Below, piece after piece: positions 27,671 through 40,834 of a stretch of DNA of 64,000 nucleotides. Where the stretch lies: contig NC_043005.1 of assembly GCF_006345805.1 (NCBI RefSeq), positions 89,652,001 to 89,716,000 of the forward strand, in the 5' to 3' direction. The position numbers and the translations under genes are program-made. Every line of letters begins with the position of its first letter. Within the stretch, counting starts at the first letter, position 1. This stretch comes from Octopus sinensis (taxonomy: Eukaryota). The notes beneath the pieces were generated by a model. The model was not told the origin of the DNA, did not search any database, and saw only the letters and a list, made by a program, of their open reading frames with translations.

Positions 27671-27825
27671 TAAAATTATAATGAAGGGTATCTAAAAGAT
27701 ACCAACATGCTAGAATAGCAGCCAAAACTTGACTCTAAAATCACATTAATGTGGTTTTAGAGTCAAGTTTTGGCTGCTATGTCTAGCATGGTGGTATCTT
27801 TTAGATACCCTTCATTATAATTTTA
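27671..27825. repeat. Near-perfect 155-bp palindrome
   Basis: taaaattataatgaagggtatctaaaagatacc...cacattaatgtg...ggtatcttttagatacccttcattataatttta. Confidence 0.92.
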
Positions 27826-28930
27826 TATATATATATAACCCATGCTAGCATGGAAAGCGGATGTTGAACGATGATGATGTTATATATATATATATATATG
27901 TGCATATATATGTAATGTGTTCATGCATGTGTGTTTATGTCTCTTTTGACCGTTTGATTTCTTTGTGTAAAGATGCTAATTTCTTGATGGCATCATTGCC
28001 CAGCTGCAGATGACAAATGTCTTCCACAGATACACAACAGCAACATCTTCAGTTCTTCAGTTATATCTTCAGTCGTTCACTAATTTTCGGAACCATAGTT
28101 AATATACAAGCTTATAATTCTTGTTAGTGAGTGGGTTTTGTATTCAGATTAACCGATGCCGGTCTGTGTGAGGTCTTCCAGCACTTGAAAACCATTCACT
28201 ATTCTTCTTTCAAATTGTAGAATTGGTCCTTTTCCCCTAAAAGCTTTGGTTGGAAGATTCCATCAATTCTAATGTCCATCCGCTGTTTCTAACCCTGGTG
28301 TCAAATGAATTAGATGTTACCTCATTGGGGCCCTTGGTTTTGATTGCTTCTAATCTCAACAGACATTGCAGATTGTTCGTGTTGAACTGATACTGGGACC
28401 ACACACAAATCTGTTTAGGAATTGAGAGAAAATTAATATTCGATAAGGATTGGTTCCAAATTTGGATCTGATGAAGTGAAATTTATTTGTAAGAAGAGTC
28501 TGTTATGCCACACCAGTTATCTTCTGGAAGGTGGTGATGCTTCACATCAGGAGAAAGGAAAGGAAATCTCAGTTCTTGACAAACTGAGAATAAAATGGAT
28601 CATGACTGGAATGGTTTTGATGGTTGGTCTGCAGAGATCCAGAGGACTTGGGACTAAGCAACCATCTGGAAGAAAACCAGACGGTTGTTTTAATTTGTAA
28701 ATCTTGAGGTGTGTTTTATGATAAAAACAAGAAAACTGTGACCAGAATAAAAGTTTGTGGAAGACTCTGTTGGACTTGCAGCTTCTGTGTTATTGGTTGG
28801 TTAAAGGAAAAAAAGCACCTTGTTTTGTGGAATAACAGCAATAAGAGAACTGGACATTCAAGAGCTGCCATTTCTTCATAAGCACCTTTCAATGTTTATC
28901 ACTCATACTGGAGCAATTACATGATGAAAT

Positions 28931-28968
<38 letters not shown>

Positions 28969-29212
28969 CTGTTTCACCTCTCTCTCTTTCTCTCTTCCAT
29001 TGGCTCTTCCTCTTACAAACAAACACACACCTCACTCTGTAAAAAGACAAACACTGTTTCATTTCTCACTCCCCCTCTTTTATGACTGTTAAAACCCTTT
29101 TAGATCGTTCCAATGAGATACATCACAGTTTCAAATTTTGTTCCCTTAGGTTTTGAGTTTTTAAAAAATTAAAATAAAAAGGACAAACTAATTGAATTAA
29201 TTTTACTTTCCC

Positions 29213-29327
29213 TTCTCTCCCCACACCTCCCAGTCTTTCCATTCTCTCCCCACACACCTCCCAGTCTTTCCATTCTCTCCCCACACACCTCCCAGTCTTT
29301 CCATTCTCTCCCCACACCTCCCAGTCT
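29213..29327. repeat. Minisatellite, ~30-bp unit, about 4 copies
   Basis: ttctctccccacac(ac)ctcccagtctttcca repeated. Confidence 0.9.
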
Positions 29328-30860
29328 TCTCCTGGAGTAAATTAAATTAATTTTACTCCTGAGTTAATCACACAATACCTTCCATTTCTTCAGTTGTTGT
29401 TTTTATCTTGTTTTGGTATCAGTTTTTTAGTTTGGCCACTACACTGACCATTGCCCGTCTTAATCTGTACAATGCAATAGTGTTGTAGTGTTTGTGTTTT
29501 TGTTGTCCTCATGGCAATTAAAAGAAACAGCTGTTATGGTCCAGCCATATGTTGTTTCAATGATCTGATGTCTCTAACAAACCTATTATAATTCTCTTCA
29601 AGCCCTTAGCTTCATTATTACAGTCAAAGAAATCATGGTCTCGGATCAAATGCTTTGCAGTATTTAGTGAAAGTCCCTTTACTTTGTGAGTTCAAACCCT
29701 AGCGGAGTGGACTTAATCTTTCACATTTCCTGGGATCAAGGCAATAAACACTGGTCAGGTCCTGAAGTGAGAGGGGAAACCGCCTTGTACGTGCACCCCA
29801 CCCACTCCTGCCCAAAATACTGTTGCCATTCAATATAAGAAATTTTATTTTCAAGACTTTTTAATATCTTTCCAAGTTGATCTCTTACCCCCTCCCCTTC
29901 TGCCATTCCAATCTCTCAGCCCATCCAAAAGGAACCTTATTTCTTAATATTATAAGAACTGAAGAGAAGGATCGATCCTATGTATCCTTGGAATCGGGGA
30001 AACGGCTTAGCTTTTTATTTATTTTAACCTCTCCTTTAGCTACTAATTTCATAATAATAATAATAATAATAATGTTTGAATCTTAACTAACCCCTTATAC
30101 CTGCTTTTTTTCTTTTTGGCCTCTCCTAACTCCTTGCTATTCAATCCTGCCATTCCCACTCACACATCTTCACTCTGTATTGATCCGGTGCACACTTGCA
30201 TGTATGCATGCAATAACTCCTGCTCGTTGCAGTTTATCTTATGGCTTGCTAATTTTGAGCTGCCATCTGTACATATAGAAAACAGTTACGTGTATGTATG
30301 CACATGTACAAGTGTACTTATGTATACATGCTATTGTGCAGGTGTGTATATGTTTATATATATATGAGAGAGGTGTGGTGGTGTAAACTGGAAAAATTAC
30401 TCAAAATGTGTGTATATATATTAATATTTAGCAGAAGTAACTAACTCAAGGGCCAAGAGTTTTGTGTGTTGGTGCTTATCAAGCTTCAAGCTAATGCATG
30501 GAATTCTCAGCTCCCAAGTCACTTAGTTGCTTCTGCTAAATATCAATATGTGTGTGTGTATGTGTGTACACTTAAACATTCTTGGGGATTGATTTACTAA
30601 AACCAAACTGTTACAAAGGTTTAAAATTTCATAGAAGTTGTTTAATCATATATCCACCCTCCTTCAAGAGGCCATAACCAGTTCCCCACCACCATTGCTG
30701 ATGAAGACAATTGGCACCCCTTTATCAGAGCAAATTCTTTCTGTGACATCACTGGAACCAAATTCTCCTTTCAAAGAAAATTTAGAATTGTTTTTATAGA
30801 ACAAATTGCTGCATTATTTACTTCAAAAGGAGAAGGAGGGGAAGAACCAAGATATTTGCA

Positions 30861-30909
<49 letters not shown>

Positions 30910-32386
30910 GTGAATGGTAAAGTATGATGGCGGCAGCTCATTTATAGTGATTTTTCATGGAGTATTAGTTGTTTACACTCAGAGTTGTGACAGGTTTTGA
31001 CAGGTGTGTCCATAGTGTTAATCAAGGTGTTAATGTCAGGTGAAAATTATCTGACTTAATGAGAAAAACAGTTTTTTATTGTGAATGTGTGCATGAAGTG
31101 TGAGAAAGAGAAGGGGGGTGGGTATGTAAACATGGGTCCAAAATTTTAAATTTTGCCCAATTTGGGAGGGGGGGACTGGAAAATACAATTGGAATGTTTT
31201 TTTTATTTCCATGAAAGTCAGAAATAAATTATGGTAAAGAAAAAAAAACATTGATCAAAGCATGATTCACATTTATATGAAATCTTAAAATAAATAAAGC
31301 AAGAAATGAACCCTAAATTATGCAGAAACCCTTAATAAGAAGCAAGGTCTGATGTTTTGACTTTTGGAAATTTCAACTCAACTGCTGCTTTGTCTTATTT
31401 TTTACTTTTTGTTTTGTTTTGCGTTTTTTTATGCTTGTTGCCAGGAATGAAATGGTTGCCTTTGTAAAAGACCGAATATCACCAAAGATAGCATCGATTT
31501 GGAAGGAGGCTGGAGCTTTCTTTCTAACACCAAACTGTCGACAGGTTCTAATCTGCCAGACGGCATGCTTGCTTGTTTGCTTTTATTTCATTTTTTAAAC
31601 TCTTTGAAATACTTTAAAAACTTTCTTTGAAACAAGTGAAAATAAACCTAAATTCATAAATATCAATTTATATTTAATTTTTCACCCTGGAATTACAATT
31701 ACAATTTTCACTTAAGAAGCAACAGTGGATTGTGAATCCTGTTAAGTCTTTTACAGAATCTAGTTCAGTGCTTTATACTTCCCTGTCTAGGGCCATAGCT
31801 TACCTTCTAAGGATGTTATTAAAGTTGCTGGTTGAACAGTCCTATGCAGCCTTTACCTTTTAAAGAGGCCCTGTACAGCCTTTTTACCTTTTTAAGGCAG
31901 CCATATGCAGCCCTTATCCTTTAAAAATCTCAGTATCACCCTTTTATCTGTTAAGGTCACACCATACATCCCTTATCCTTCTCCAACGAAAGGTCTTCCT
32001 TCTTCCCTTGCCATCTTTAGGGCTACTCTCTATAAATAAACAGTCAACAGCCACAGCATCACGGGTTGTAGAGGACCGACATGGGAAAATTGCTCTTCTT
32101 GTGTTGTATATGTAGAACAAATCAGCTGAACTGAGGCCAACCTTTGCCAAGCTAGAACCACACCTGGAATTGAACTTGGCACTACAAGTTAATGAAACAC
32201 TTGTCCATTTCACAGTGCTGCCACTTCTTACTGCCAGTATGTCGTTCTTCTGCTTTCCTTTTTACAATTATTACCCCCTGTTCCCAGGCTTGCATGTATA
32301 AAGAGGATTTCATTCAACCAGGAAATACCATTTTATTTGGTTTGAATCTCTTTCAAATGCACATACATACACAGGTGTATGTATGC

Positions 32387-32423
<37 letters not shown>

Positions 32424-32947
32424 AAGGTGTTTATGCATATATAGGTATACAAGTGTGTGTATATATGCAAACATATTCCTTTTCTTCAGGTAACTGAATC
32501 TAGCTTTTCTTCATTATGTATATACTTGTGCAGCATTTCCTTCCCCCCTCTCTCTCTTTCTCTCTCTCTCTCTCCCCCCCTTCTGTTAGGGTCTCCATTC
32601 ATTTTCAAATCTCCATGCTATCTTAAATGGTGTTAAGTTATAAAGGCCTCTGTTATTATCTTTATTATTACTTTTATTATTAGTATCGTTATGCATTTAT
32701 TTTCTTTTAAATTTATTTTCATATTTATTTTTAATTCTTATGTTCCAATGTGCAATTAAAGTGTAAAGTTCTGTGGAAAATAGAATCAAAAGACAAAACA
32801 AAAAGATTTGGGGGAAATGAATAAAAAGAGGAAACCATTCTTTGGGGAATTTTGGAATGGTTTGAGAAACTTTCCATCATTAAAACATTAGGGTTTTTCA
32901 TTATTCATGTATATATATACATTGGTATATATATATGTGTGTGTGTG

Positions 32948-32988
<41 letters not shown>

Positions 32989-34719
32989 TATGTATATAAG
33001 GGAACCATTTTGATTAAATTCATTTACACACACAAAAAAAAAATAAATAAAATTGCATGATTCTAACTAATTTGGTTTTTTTTATTGTATTTTTTGTTTG
33101 GTTGTTTTATTTTGATTGTTTACAAAAAATCTCATTTTGTTTTTGCTTGACCTTAGATGCAGGGTGTGTGTTTCCTGTGATTCTACTAATCCAAAGGTGG
33201 TTGATAAATGGTGGTGTTAGAGGGTTAGACAAAGGGTGTTGCAGTGTCTGTGTTGAGTTTTGACATTCTGAGACGAAAGGGATGTCAAGTTGTATCAGGA
33301 CAACACTGGTGCCAGAGAGAGAGAGAGAGCTGACTGCTAGTCTTACACCCTGCCCCCTCATCCTTGCCCATCCTGTACATTCAGGTACAGATGCACTGAC
33401 CACTAAGCCATGCACCTTCAACAGGTAAATTAGAATAGCAGACATGAGACAGAGACTCCATTGTAGTCATTAGTAAAGTGAAGGTAACTGTTAATGTTGT
33501 GGGTCAACAGAATGTGAAGGTGAGGAGTCATTTTTAAGTATCAGTGGCAAGAAGTGCCACAACAAGGTGAACAGGTTGGTGGAACCCAGTTAAAAATTGC
33601 AGGGAGTCTATTGTAGGAGTGAGAAATGGGGGAGAGAGAGAAAAAAATGAATAACCCTAACCCATGAAATATAATGAGTTGATTTCATCAACCCTGACTC
33701 TCTTTCCTTCTCTCTCCAGAAATTTCTTTGTGCAATAATAGTGGATCATAGAATAGGTAGAGCACCATAGAAAATGTTTTGAGATTCTAAAGGTTTTTTT
33801 TTTTACATTCTGAGTTAAAATCAGATGTTTTGCTGATATTAATTAAAAATTCTCTAATTACATGTCATATGATCTCAGTTTCCCAGTTAAGGAGAGTTAA
33901 CTGCTAAGAATGGAAATAATTCTGAATTAAAACTCGAGTTTTAAATCTAAATGATGTAAGACTCACACAAGCGCTTGGTATTAGGGAGGGTATCCAGCAA
34001 TAGGAACAATGCCATAAGTGAGACATTAGAAAAATATTGTCCTCTGACCCATTTGATCCTGTGGAGCCGTCCAGCCCATGCCAGAATGGAAGACAGACAT
34101 GTCTTTGGCAAGGTAGAACTTGTTTATATCAATAAAACCTTTATATGGTTTAATTTGACCGAGATAGACAGCAGATGCTCTGTGGTGTAATTGGCAAGAT
34201 TCACCTGGAATGCACTAAATACAAAGTTCATATTTTGTTTGTGCTTTTGGTGGAGATGATGATGAGGGCCCTGCTTATCCATGTGACACAGAAATATAAG
34301 AAGTGAATAGATTCCAAGATTTTGCTAAAATGACTTTATTTGGAAATTTAGAGCATTGTATCAATTTTAAACATTGCTTTAATAATCGCCTGAAGATCAA
34401 CAACTTGGTCTAAGTAGAAGGTATGAGTTTTGAAATAGGAACTTGATACGTTTCTTGGAACCCTTGCCACCCGCCTTTCTTAATTTATAATTCAACCATT
34501 CTGGCCATATTGCTGGATTGTTGGTCCTTTTAAGGGGTTCGTAGGAGACTGACTTAGTCAAAGAAATTTGGTGTCATTTTAGCTCTTCTTTCGTGTGTGA
34601 GTTCTGAAGCTCCATCTTTCCATTACAGCTGCTGCTGCTGTTTTTTGCTCTTGCTTGAAAGGGTTGGGGTCATCCCAGATTAGTGGTCCCAGAGATGGCA
34701 TCATGTGTAGGGCTGACCA

Positions 34720-35160
34720 AGTCCACCAGTGCCCTCCACTGTAGGTGGTCCTATGACGGTCCCTGTGCATCCTCTAAGGTGATGTTGAGCTATTGGAGAC
34801 CTTCTCCAATCACGTCCAGCCATCTGGTGTGGGGTCTGTCACGAGGCCTCTTACTGCCCATAGCTTCTGCATTGAATGAGAGTAAAGCTCTGCTAGGATG
34901 ATCTAGTGGGGGGATATGTCCATGCAGGCACATGTGACAGCTATGAGGTAGGAGGCTGCAGGCTGATGCTTGCTGCAAGGAGTTCTTTGTTGGAAATGTG
35001 ATGGTAACATCCGATGTTCTTGATGATTCTCAGGGTTTTGCTATTGAAGCCATCAATCCTCTTTCCCAGGGTCTTTGAGAGAGTTTCTGCTCCATAGAGG
35101 AGAATGGAGAGGGCTGATGCATTGTAGATGTAGAGCTTCAGCTTCCAGGAGATAGAGCAT
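34720..35160 (-). mobile_element. Old RTE-type LINE fragment
   Basis: Minus-strand KLKLYIYNASALSILLYGAET...RPRDRPHTRWLD. Confidence 0.65.
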
Positions 35161-36894
35161 TAAAAGGCTCCACATTTAAAAAAAAATCAATTTGATCACT
35201 TGAGAATTCTGGTATGTCATCATCATCATCATCATCGTTTAACGTCCGCTTTCCATGCTAGCATGGGTTGGATGATTTGACTGAGGTCTGGCGAACCAGA
35301 TGGCTGCACCAGACTCCAATCTGATCTGGCAAGGTTTCTACAGCTGGATGCCCTTCCTTACGCCAACCACTCTGAGAGTGTAGTGGGTGCTTTTACGTGC
35401 CACTGAGAATTAATGTTGCCATCCTTCCAACCCATGACAGGGACACAACCTGTTTGACCATTGATTGTAATCTGTTTATATCGAACTCTCCAGATCTTTA
35501 TTCATTGATTGCCAAGAAATCGATCAATTCCTCATTGCCAAGACAGAATTGTTCTGAGCCAAAAAGCCAGACATTTGTTGTTTATTTGATCAATAAGTTC
35601 ATTTTTTCTTCTTAATTTTAGTTGAAATTGAAGGTGGTCAAAGCTGGCAGAACGATTAGCAAGTCGGGGCAGAATGCTTTGTGGCATTTCTTCTGCCTTT
35701 ACAGAGTTCAAATTCTGCCAAAACCCACTTTCCTTGTCATTTTGGGGGTCAATAAAACAAGTACCAGATGAGCATTGGGGGTTGATGTAATCAACTTACC
35801 CCCCCCCCCCAAGATTGTTGGCCTTGTACCAAAATTTGAAACCCTTATTAGTAAAAGTTCCAGGTAACGAGATGCAAGAATTAGACAAAATGTTTAACTG
35901 CATCTCTTCTGGCTCTTGATGTTCTGAGTTCAAATATTGCCAAGGGCAAGTTTGGCTTTCATGCTTTCGAGGTTGATAAAATGCTGTACCAGTCAAATAC
36001 TGGGGTTGATGTAACTGACTAATCCCCATCCCCACTAAAATTGCTCTCCTTCTGTCCCCTGTTCCAAGAACTGTTGAAGTTATCCTGCTGAGGTCAGCTC
36101 TACAGTTTATCCTTCCAGGATTGATAAAATGCACAAAGTACCAGTAATTAACTGGGTGTGGCTGATGTTATTGATTCTGACGAAACTACAATGTAGATAA
36201 ATAAAGGATATTCTTTTGTTTATTTCAGTCATCAGAGTGTGGCCATGCTGGGGCACTGCCCTATGTTATTAAAAAACTACAAACCTCTACCGATTATGCT
36301 ATATCACCCCCCCCCCACCGGTGTAGCTCACAAATACATCGACAACTGATACACATGAGCAAGGAAGATATTTCTTTATTTCTTAGCTTTTCTGCCAAGC
36401 TGCAGCTTTGTAACATTGAATTCCTGTCTCTGAGGTCTTCAGCTCTGGTGAGTCACAAAGATAAAAAGTCAGTTTCAATCAGCCATATACTCTACAATAT
36501 GTATTGAGCACTCCTCATTCACTTGACACAATGTTTGTATAAGCACAGGAGGTGGTTGTGTGGTTAGGAAGTTCACTTCTCAACCATTTGGTCCTGAGTT
36601 CAGTCCCACTACATGGTCCCTTGGCTAAGCTTCTTCTAGTATAGTCCTGGGCTGGCCAAAGCCTTGTGAGTTGATTTGGTAGACAGAAACTGAAAGAAGC
36701 CTGTTGTATGTACACATATACATACACACTCATATATAGGTGCAGGCGTGGTAAGGAAATTTGCCTCCCAACCACATGGTTTCAGGTTCAGTCCTACTGT
36801 GTGGCACCTTGGGCAAGTGCCTTCTACTATAGCCACACTGACCAAATGCTTGTGGGTGGATTTGGTAGATGGAAACTGAAAGAAGCCATATATA

Positions 36895-38140
36895 TCATCA
36901 TCATCATCATCGTCGTTTAACGTCCGTTCTCCATGCTAGCATGGGTTGGACGGTTCGACCGGGGTTCTGGGAAGCCAGAAGGCTGCACCAGGCTCCAGTC
37001 TAACCTGGCAATGTTTCTACAGCTGGATGCCCTTCCTAACGCCAACCACTCCGTGAGTGTAGTGGGTGCTTTTTACGTGCCACCTGCACAGGTGCCAGGC
37101 GGGGCTGGCAACGGCCACGGTCAGATTGGTGTATTTTATGTGCCACCGGCACGGAAGCCAGTCGAGGCGGTGCTGGCATCGGCCACGAGTCGGATAGTGC
37201 TTTTTACGTACCACCAGACCAGGGATCCTGGCTGGTTCAATTCGATTTCGATTTCGCTTGCCCCAACATGTCTTCACAAGCAAAGGGGGTTGGCAAGGGT
37301 GCCTGTCGTACGGTCGCATTGGAGTATTTTACGTGCCACGGCCACGAGTCGGATAGTGCTTTTTACGTACCACCAGACCAGGGATCCTGGCTGGTTCAAT
37401 TCGATTTCGATTTCGATTTCGCTTGCCCCAACATGTCTTCACAAGCAAAGGGGGTTGGCATGGGTGCCTGTCGTACGGTCGCATTGGAGTATTTTACGTG
37501 CCACGGCCCCGAGTCGGATAGTGCTTTTTACGTACCACCAGGCCAGGGATCCTGGCTGGTTCAATTCGGTTTCGATTTCGATTTCGCTTGCCCCAACATG
37601 TCTTCGCAAGCATGGGGGGTTGGGATGGGTGTCTGTCGTCGGATGAGGTTCTATATTGACTTCGCTTGCCTCAACCGGTCTTTGTGTCCAAGGGAGGAAA
37701 GGCATTCATAAGTGGGCTGGGCTCACTTGTCCTGCCTGGTCTTCTCACGTACAGAATATTTCCAAAGGTCTCGGTCTCTGGTCATTTCCTCAGTGAGGCC
37801 TAAAGTTCGAAGGTCGTGCTTCACCACCTCGTCCCAGGTTTTCCTGGGTCTACCTCTTCCACGGGTTCCCTCAACTGCTAGGGATTGGCACTTTCTCACA
37901 CACCTATCTTCATCCATTCTCGCCACATGACCATACCAGCGCAATCGTCTCTCTTGCACACCACAACTGATGCTTCTTAGGTACAACATTTCTCTCAAGG
38001 TGCTAACGCTCTGTCGAGTATGTACACTGACATTACACATCCATCGGAGCATACTGGCTTCATTCCTCACGAGCTTACGCATGTCCTCAGCAGTCACAGC
38101 CCATGTTTCGCTGCCATGTAGCATGGCTGTTCGTACACAC
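36895..38140 (-). mobile_element. RTE-clade LINE, 5'-truncated 3' end
   Basis: ORF 37723-38140 AMLHGSETW...RRLRWYGHVARM...GRGRPRKTW; 3' UTR ends in a (GAT)n tail; internal ~160-bp triplication at 37181-37640. Confidence 0.9.
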
Positions 38141-38602
38141 GGAGTAAATCCAAACTTACAGGGAATATATATATATATATATTTGTGTATCTGTGTTTGT
38201 CCCCTCACCACCATTGCTTGTCAACTGATGTTGGTGTATTTATGTCCCGTAACTTAGCGGTGAGGTAAAAGGGATCAATAGAATAAGTACTGGGGTTAAT
38301 TTGTTCAACTAAAAGTGATGCTCCAGTATGGCCACAGTGAAATGACTGAAACAAATAAAAATATATATATATATATAATAGAAATATTAAAATTACTAAG
38401 TCTCTCTAAAGGAGATTACGGCAGCGTTACTGGATATTAATAGTTATCGCCATACTAATATGGCAGTCTATAAATAAGACTAAAGCTGTCGCTGATTAGC
38501 TCCAAGAGGCCATTGCCTCTAGCTAGCTATTTGACATGAACCTGCGTCCATTACAACCTTCGAACAGGGGAGGTCAGCCGCTTCACCTTGCTAGTCAGAC
38601 AT

Positions 38603-38643
38603 CTGCAGACATGTTTCAGGGTTGTTGCCCTTTATCAATGCAG
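38603..38643 (-). ncRNA. Minimal type I hammerhead ribozyme, copy 1
   Basis: Minus strand ctgca-TTGATAA-aggg caacaa ccct-GAAAC-at-GTC-tgcag: helix I ctgca/tgcag, helix II aggg/ccct, palindromic helix III acatgt, GUC site, U3-A8 core variant. Confidence 0.8.
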
Positions 38644-38670
38644 CGTAGCCAGAACCAGCAGGTGTCGCTA

Positions 38671-40225
38671 TTATCTTTATTATAGGCACGATGGCCCGAA
38701 TTAAGAGGGGACATTACAAAACAGGACGTGGGGTACATAAATTAAAAGAATCGAAAAATATGATATGAAAATGAATTAAATGGAATGGCTTACGAGCCCC
38801 CCAAAACTCGTAGTTTCATTTAAAATACAGTTCTGCCATACTGGGCGTTCGTCTGTAATGTATTCTATTAACTTCTCCTGGTCTACAATCGCTGGCAAAC
38901 TGTCGTAACAGATATATTGCATTTCACAAACAGTCGAAAACTCACTTTTCAATTTCATAAATGTCTCTTTCTCTACAACCGCCGACTTCACTTGGTCATC
39001 AAATATTTTTGGGTTCAGCCTAACCCTGATTAAACCTTTCTTACCTGCCAGTCTTTTTTCGATTTCTTTGTCTTTCATATACAATATTACTACCTTAAGA
39101 TTTTTTCCTTCGGGTCTTCTTCCTTCCTTACATACTTTTAACTTCTCTTCCACTCTGCTTCCCCATTCTTGGTCTGCCGTTAAATTTGCCGGTTCTCTCG
39201 CTTTCGCTTTTGTATTCTTATCTTCGCACGTCCGATCTGCCATCTCGTCTGTAGTCTTATTTTTCGCTTTTTTCTTTTTTTGAACTTTAGGTGGTGATTC
39301 CACCCTCGCTCTCTTTCTATCTTCTTTTCCTTCTGTTTTTTCCATTTCGTTCTCCAACTCGTCACCACTTTCCACTTTCCACATTTTCTGTGTTTACACA
39401 TTTTTCATCTGCCATTTGCAATATCTCTGTCCGAGCTTCCAATGTTCTTGTCGGACACACATCTTTCATGTGGCCTCTAATTTTACACTTGTAGCACACT
39501 GGTGGTCTCCCCTCCACCACGACTCTGAGTCGAGTCTCGTCGGGGAACACCAACTCCTCTGGGATATTATACAGGTCTGGTATGGTTATATGAACCAAAG
39601 CCTGCACCGCATAACCCCACCACTGTACATCTTTCGATTTTTCTACTTTCAATATTTCAACGCTTTCTTTGCAGTTGAATACCACTGCCGCTAAGATTCT
39701 TTCCATGTTCAGCTCCGGCGAAATCTTACTGATTCGTATTCTTACTGCCCTTTTTCCATGATAACTTGGTAATAACATCCATTTTTTTCTGTTTTCAGTA
39801 TATGCTTCGTCTTCGTTTTTAAAATGAACGACCACTGTTACATATTTTCTACCTCTATTATAGAAGGTAGGTTCTCCTTCAACTCCATTCAGACAGCGCT
39901 CAATTTCCTCTATCGGTGCCACTTCTACTTTCTTTGAAGCCACGTTCCATGTTCTGTATGTTATAATACGTTTCTCTGCGTCTTTCGCTTCTTCTTCAGG
40001 TGGTGTGATCTTCACACAGTCACCTTCTCTCTTCAAGCTGTCGAAATAATTCTTCAAAATCTCCTTCTCAACTGTAACTTCTTCCAACTGTAGCTCGCTC
40101 GCAGCCAGGCCCTTGCCTGCCGCTCCCGCATACGTTTGGGTTTGCATTTTTGAGAAAAAAATTCCCAACGCTGCAACCGCTTCCACCAACGAATTCGATC
40201 TCACAACCGCAACTCAACAATAACG
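38671..40225 (-). mobile_element. ORF1-only (HAL1-like) non-autonomous element of the L1/Tx1 group
   Basis: Short 5' UTR, Gag-like ORF, short 3' UTR ending ...ggccatcgtgcctatAATAAAga, similar to the 3' end of the Tx1 copy near 46950; no RT. Confidence 0.65.
38776..40147 (-). pseudogene. Tx1-type ORF1/Gag-like nucleic-acid-binding protein with CCHC zinc knuckle (one frameshift)
   Basis: ATG at 40147 (MQTQTYAGAA); VVVEGRPPVCYKCKIRGHMKDVCP = CX2CX4HX4C; the two ORFs (39362-40204, 38776-39384) join into ~454 aa if a 7-nt tandem duplication (gtggaaa x2 near 39375) is removed. Confidence 0.75.
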
Positions 40226-40435
40226 TTTTATTTACCTAGGAGATTACGGCAGCGTTACTGGAAATTAATAGTTATCGCCATACTAATTTGGCAGTCTTAT
40301 AAATATAAGACCAAAGCTGTCGCTGATTAGCTCCAAGAGGCCATTGCCTCTAGCTAGCTATTTGACACACGAACCTGCGTCCATTACAACCTTTGAACAG
40401 GGGAGGTCAGCCGCTTCACCTTGCTAGTCAGACAT

Positions 40436-40476
40436 CTGCAGACATGTTTCAGGGTTGTTGCCCTTTATCAATGCAG
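40436..40476 (-). ncRNA. Minimal type I hammerhead ribozyme, copy 2
   Basis: Identical 41-nt motif to copy 1. Confidence 0.8.
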
Positions 40477-40793
40477 CGTAGCCAGAACCAGCAGGTGTCG
40501 CTACTGACCGTCTGTTCGAAAATTTTATTTACCTAGTTACAGTGGAATACATCCACTTGTTTTCAATAATAGAAATATTAAAATTACTAAGTCTCTCTAA
40601 AGGAGATTACGCCAGCGTTATTGGGTATTAATAGTTATCGCCATACTAATATGGCACTCTATAAATAAGACTAAAGCTGTCGCTGATTAGCTCCGAGAGG
40701 CCATCGCCTCTAGCTAGCTATTTGACACGAACCTGCGTCCATTACAACCTTCGAACAGGGGAGGTCAGCCGCTTCACCTTGCTAGTCAGACAT

Positions 40794-40834
40794 CTGCAGA
40801 CATGTTTCAGGGTTGTTGCCCTTTATCAATGCAG
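40794..40834 (-). ncRNA. Minimal type I hammerhead ribozyme, copy 3
   Basis: Identical 41-nt motif, 358 nt from copy 2. Confidence 0.8.

Noticed and set aside
36933-37711. 237-aa and 147-aa repetitive ORFs on +
   Set aside because: Antisense reading of the triplicated RTE 3' UTR
39362-39384. Programmed ribosomal frameshift between the two overlapping ORFs
   Set aside because: The overlap is fully explained by a 7-nt tandem duplication (gtggaaa); no slippery heptamer is evident
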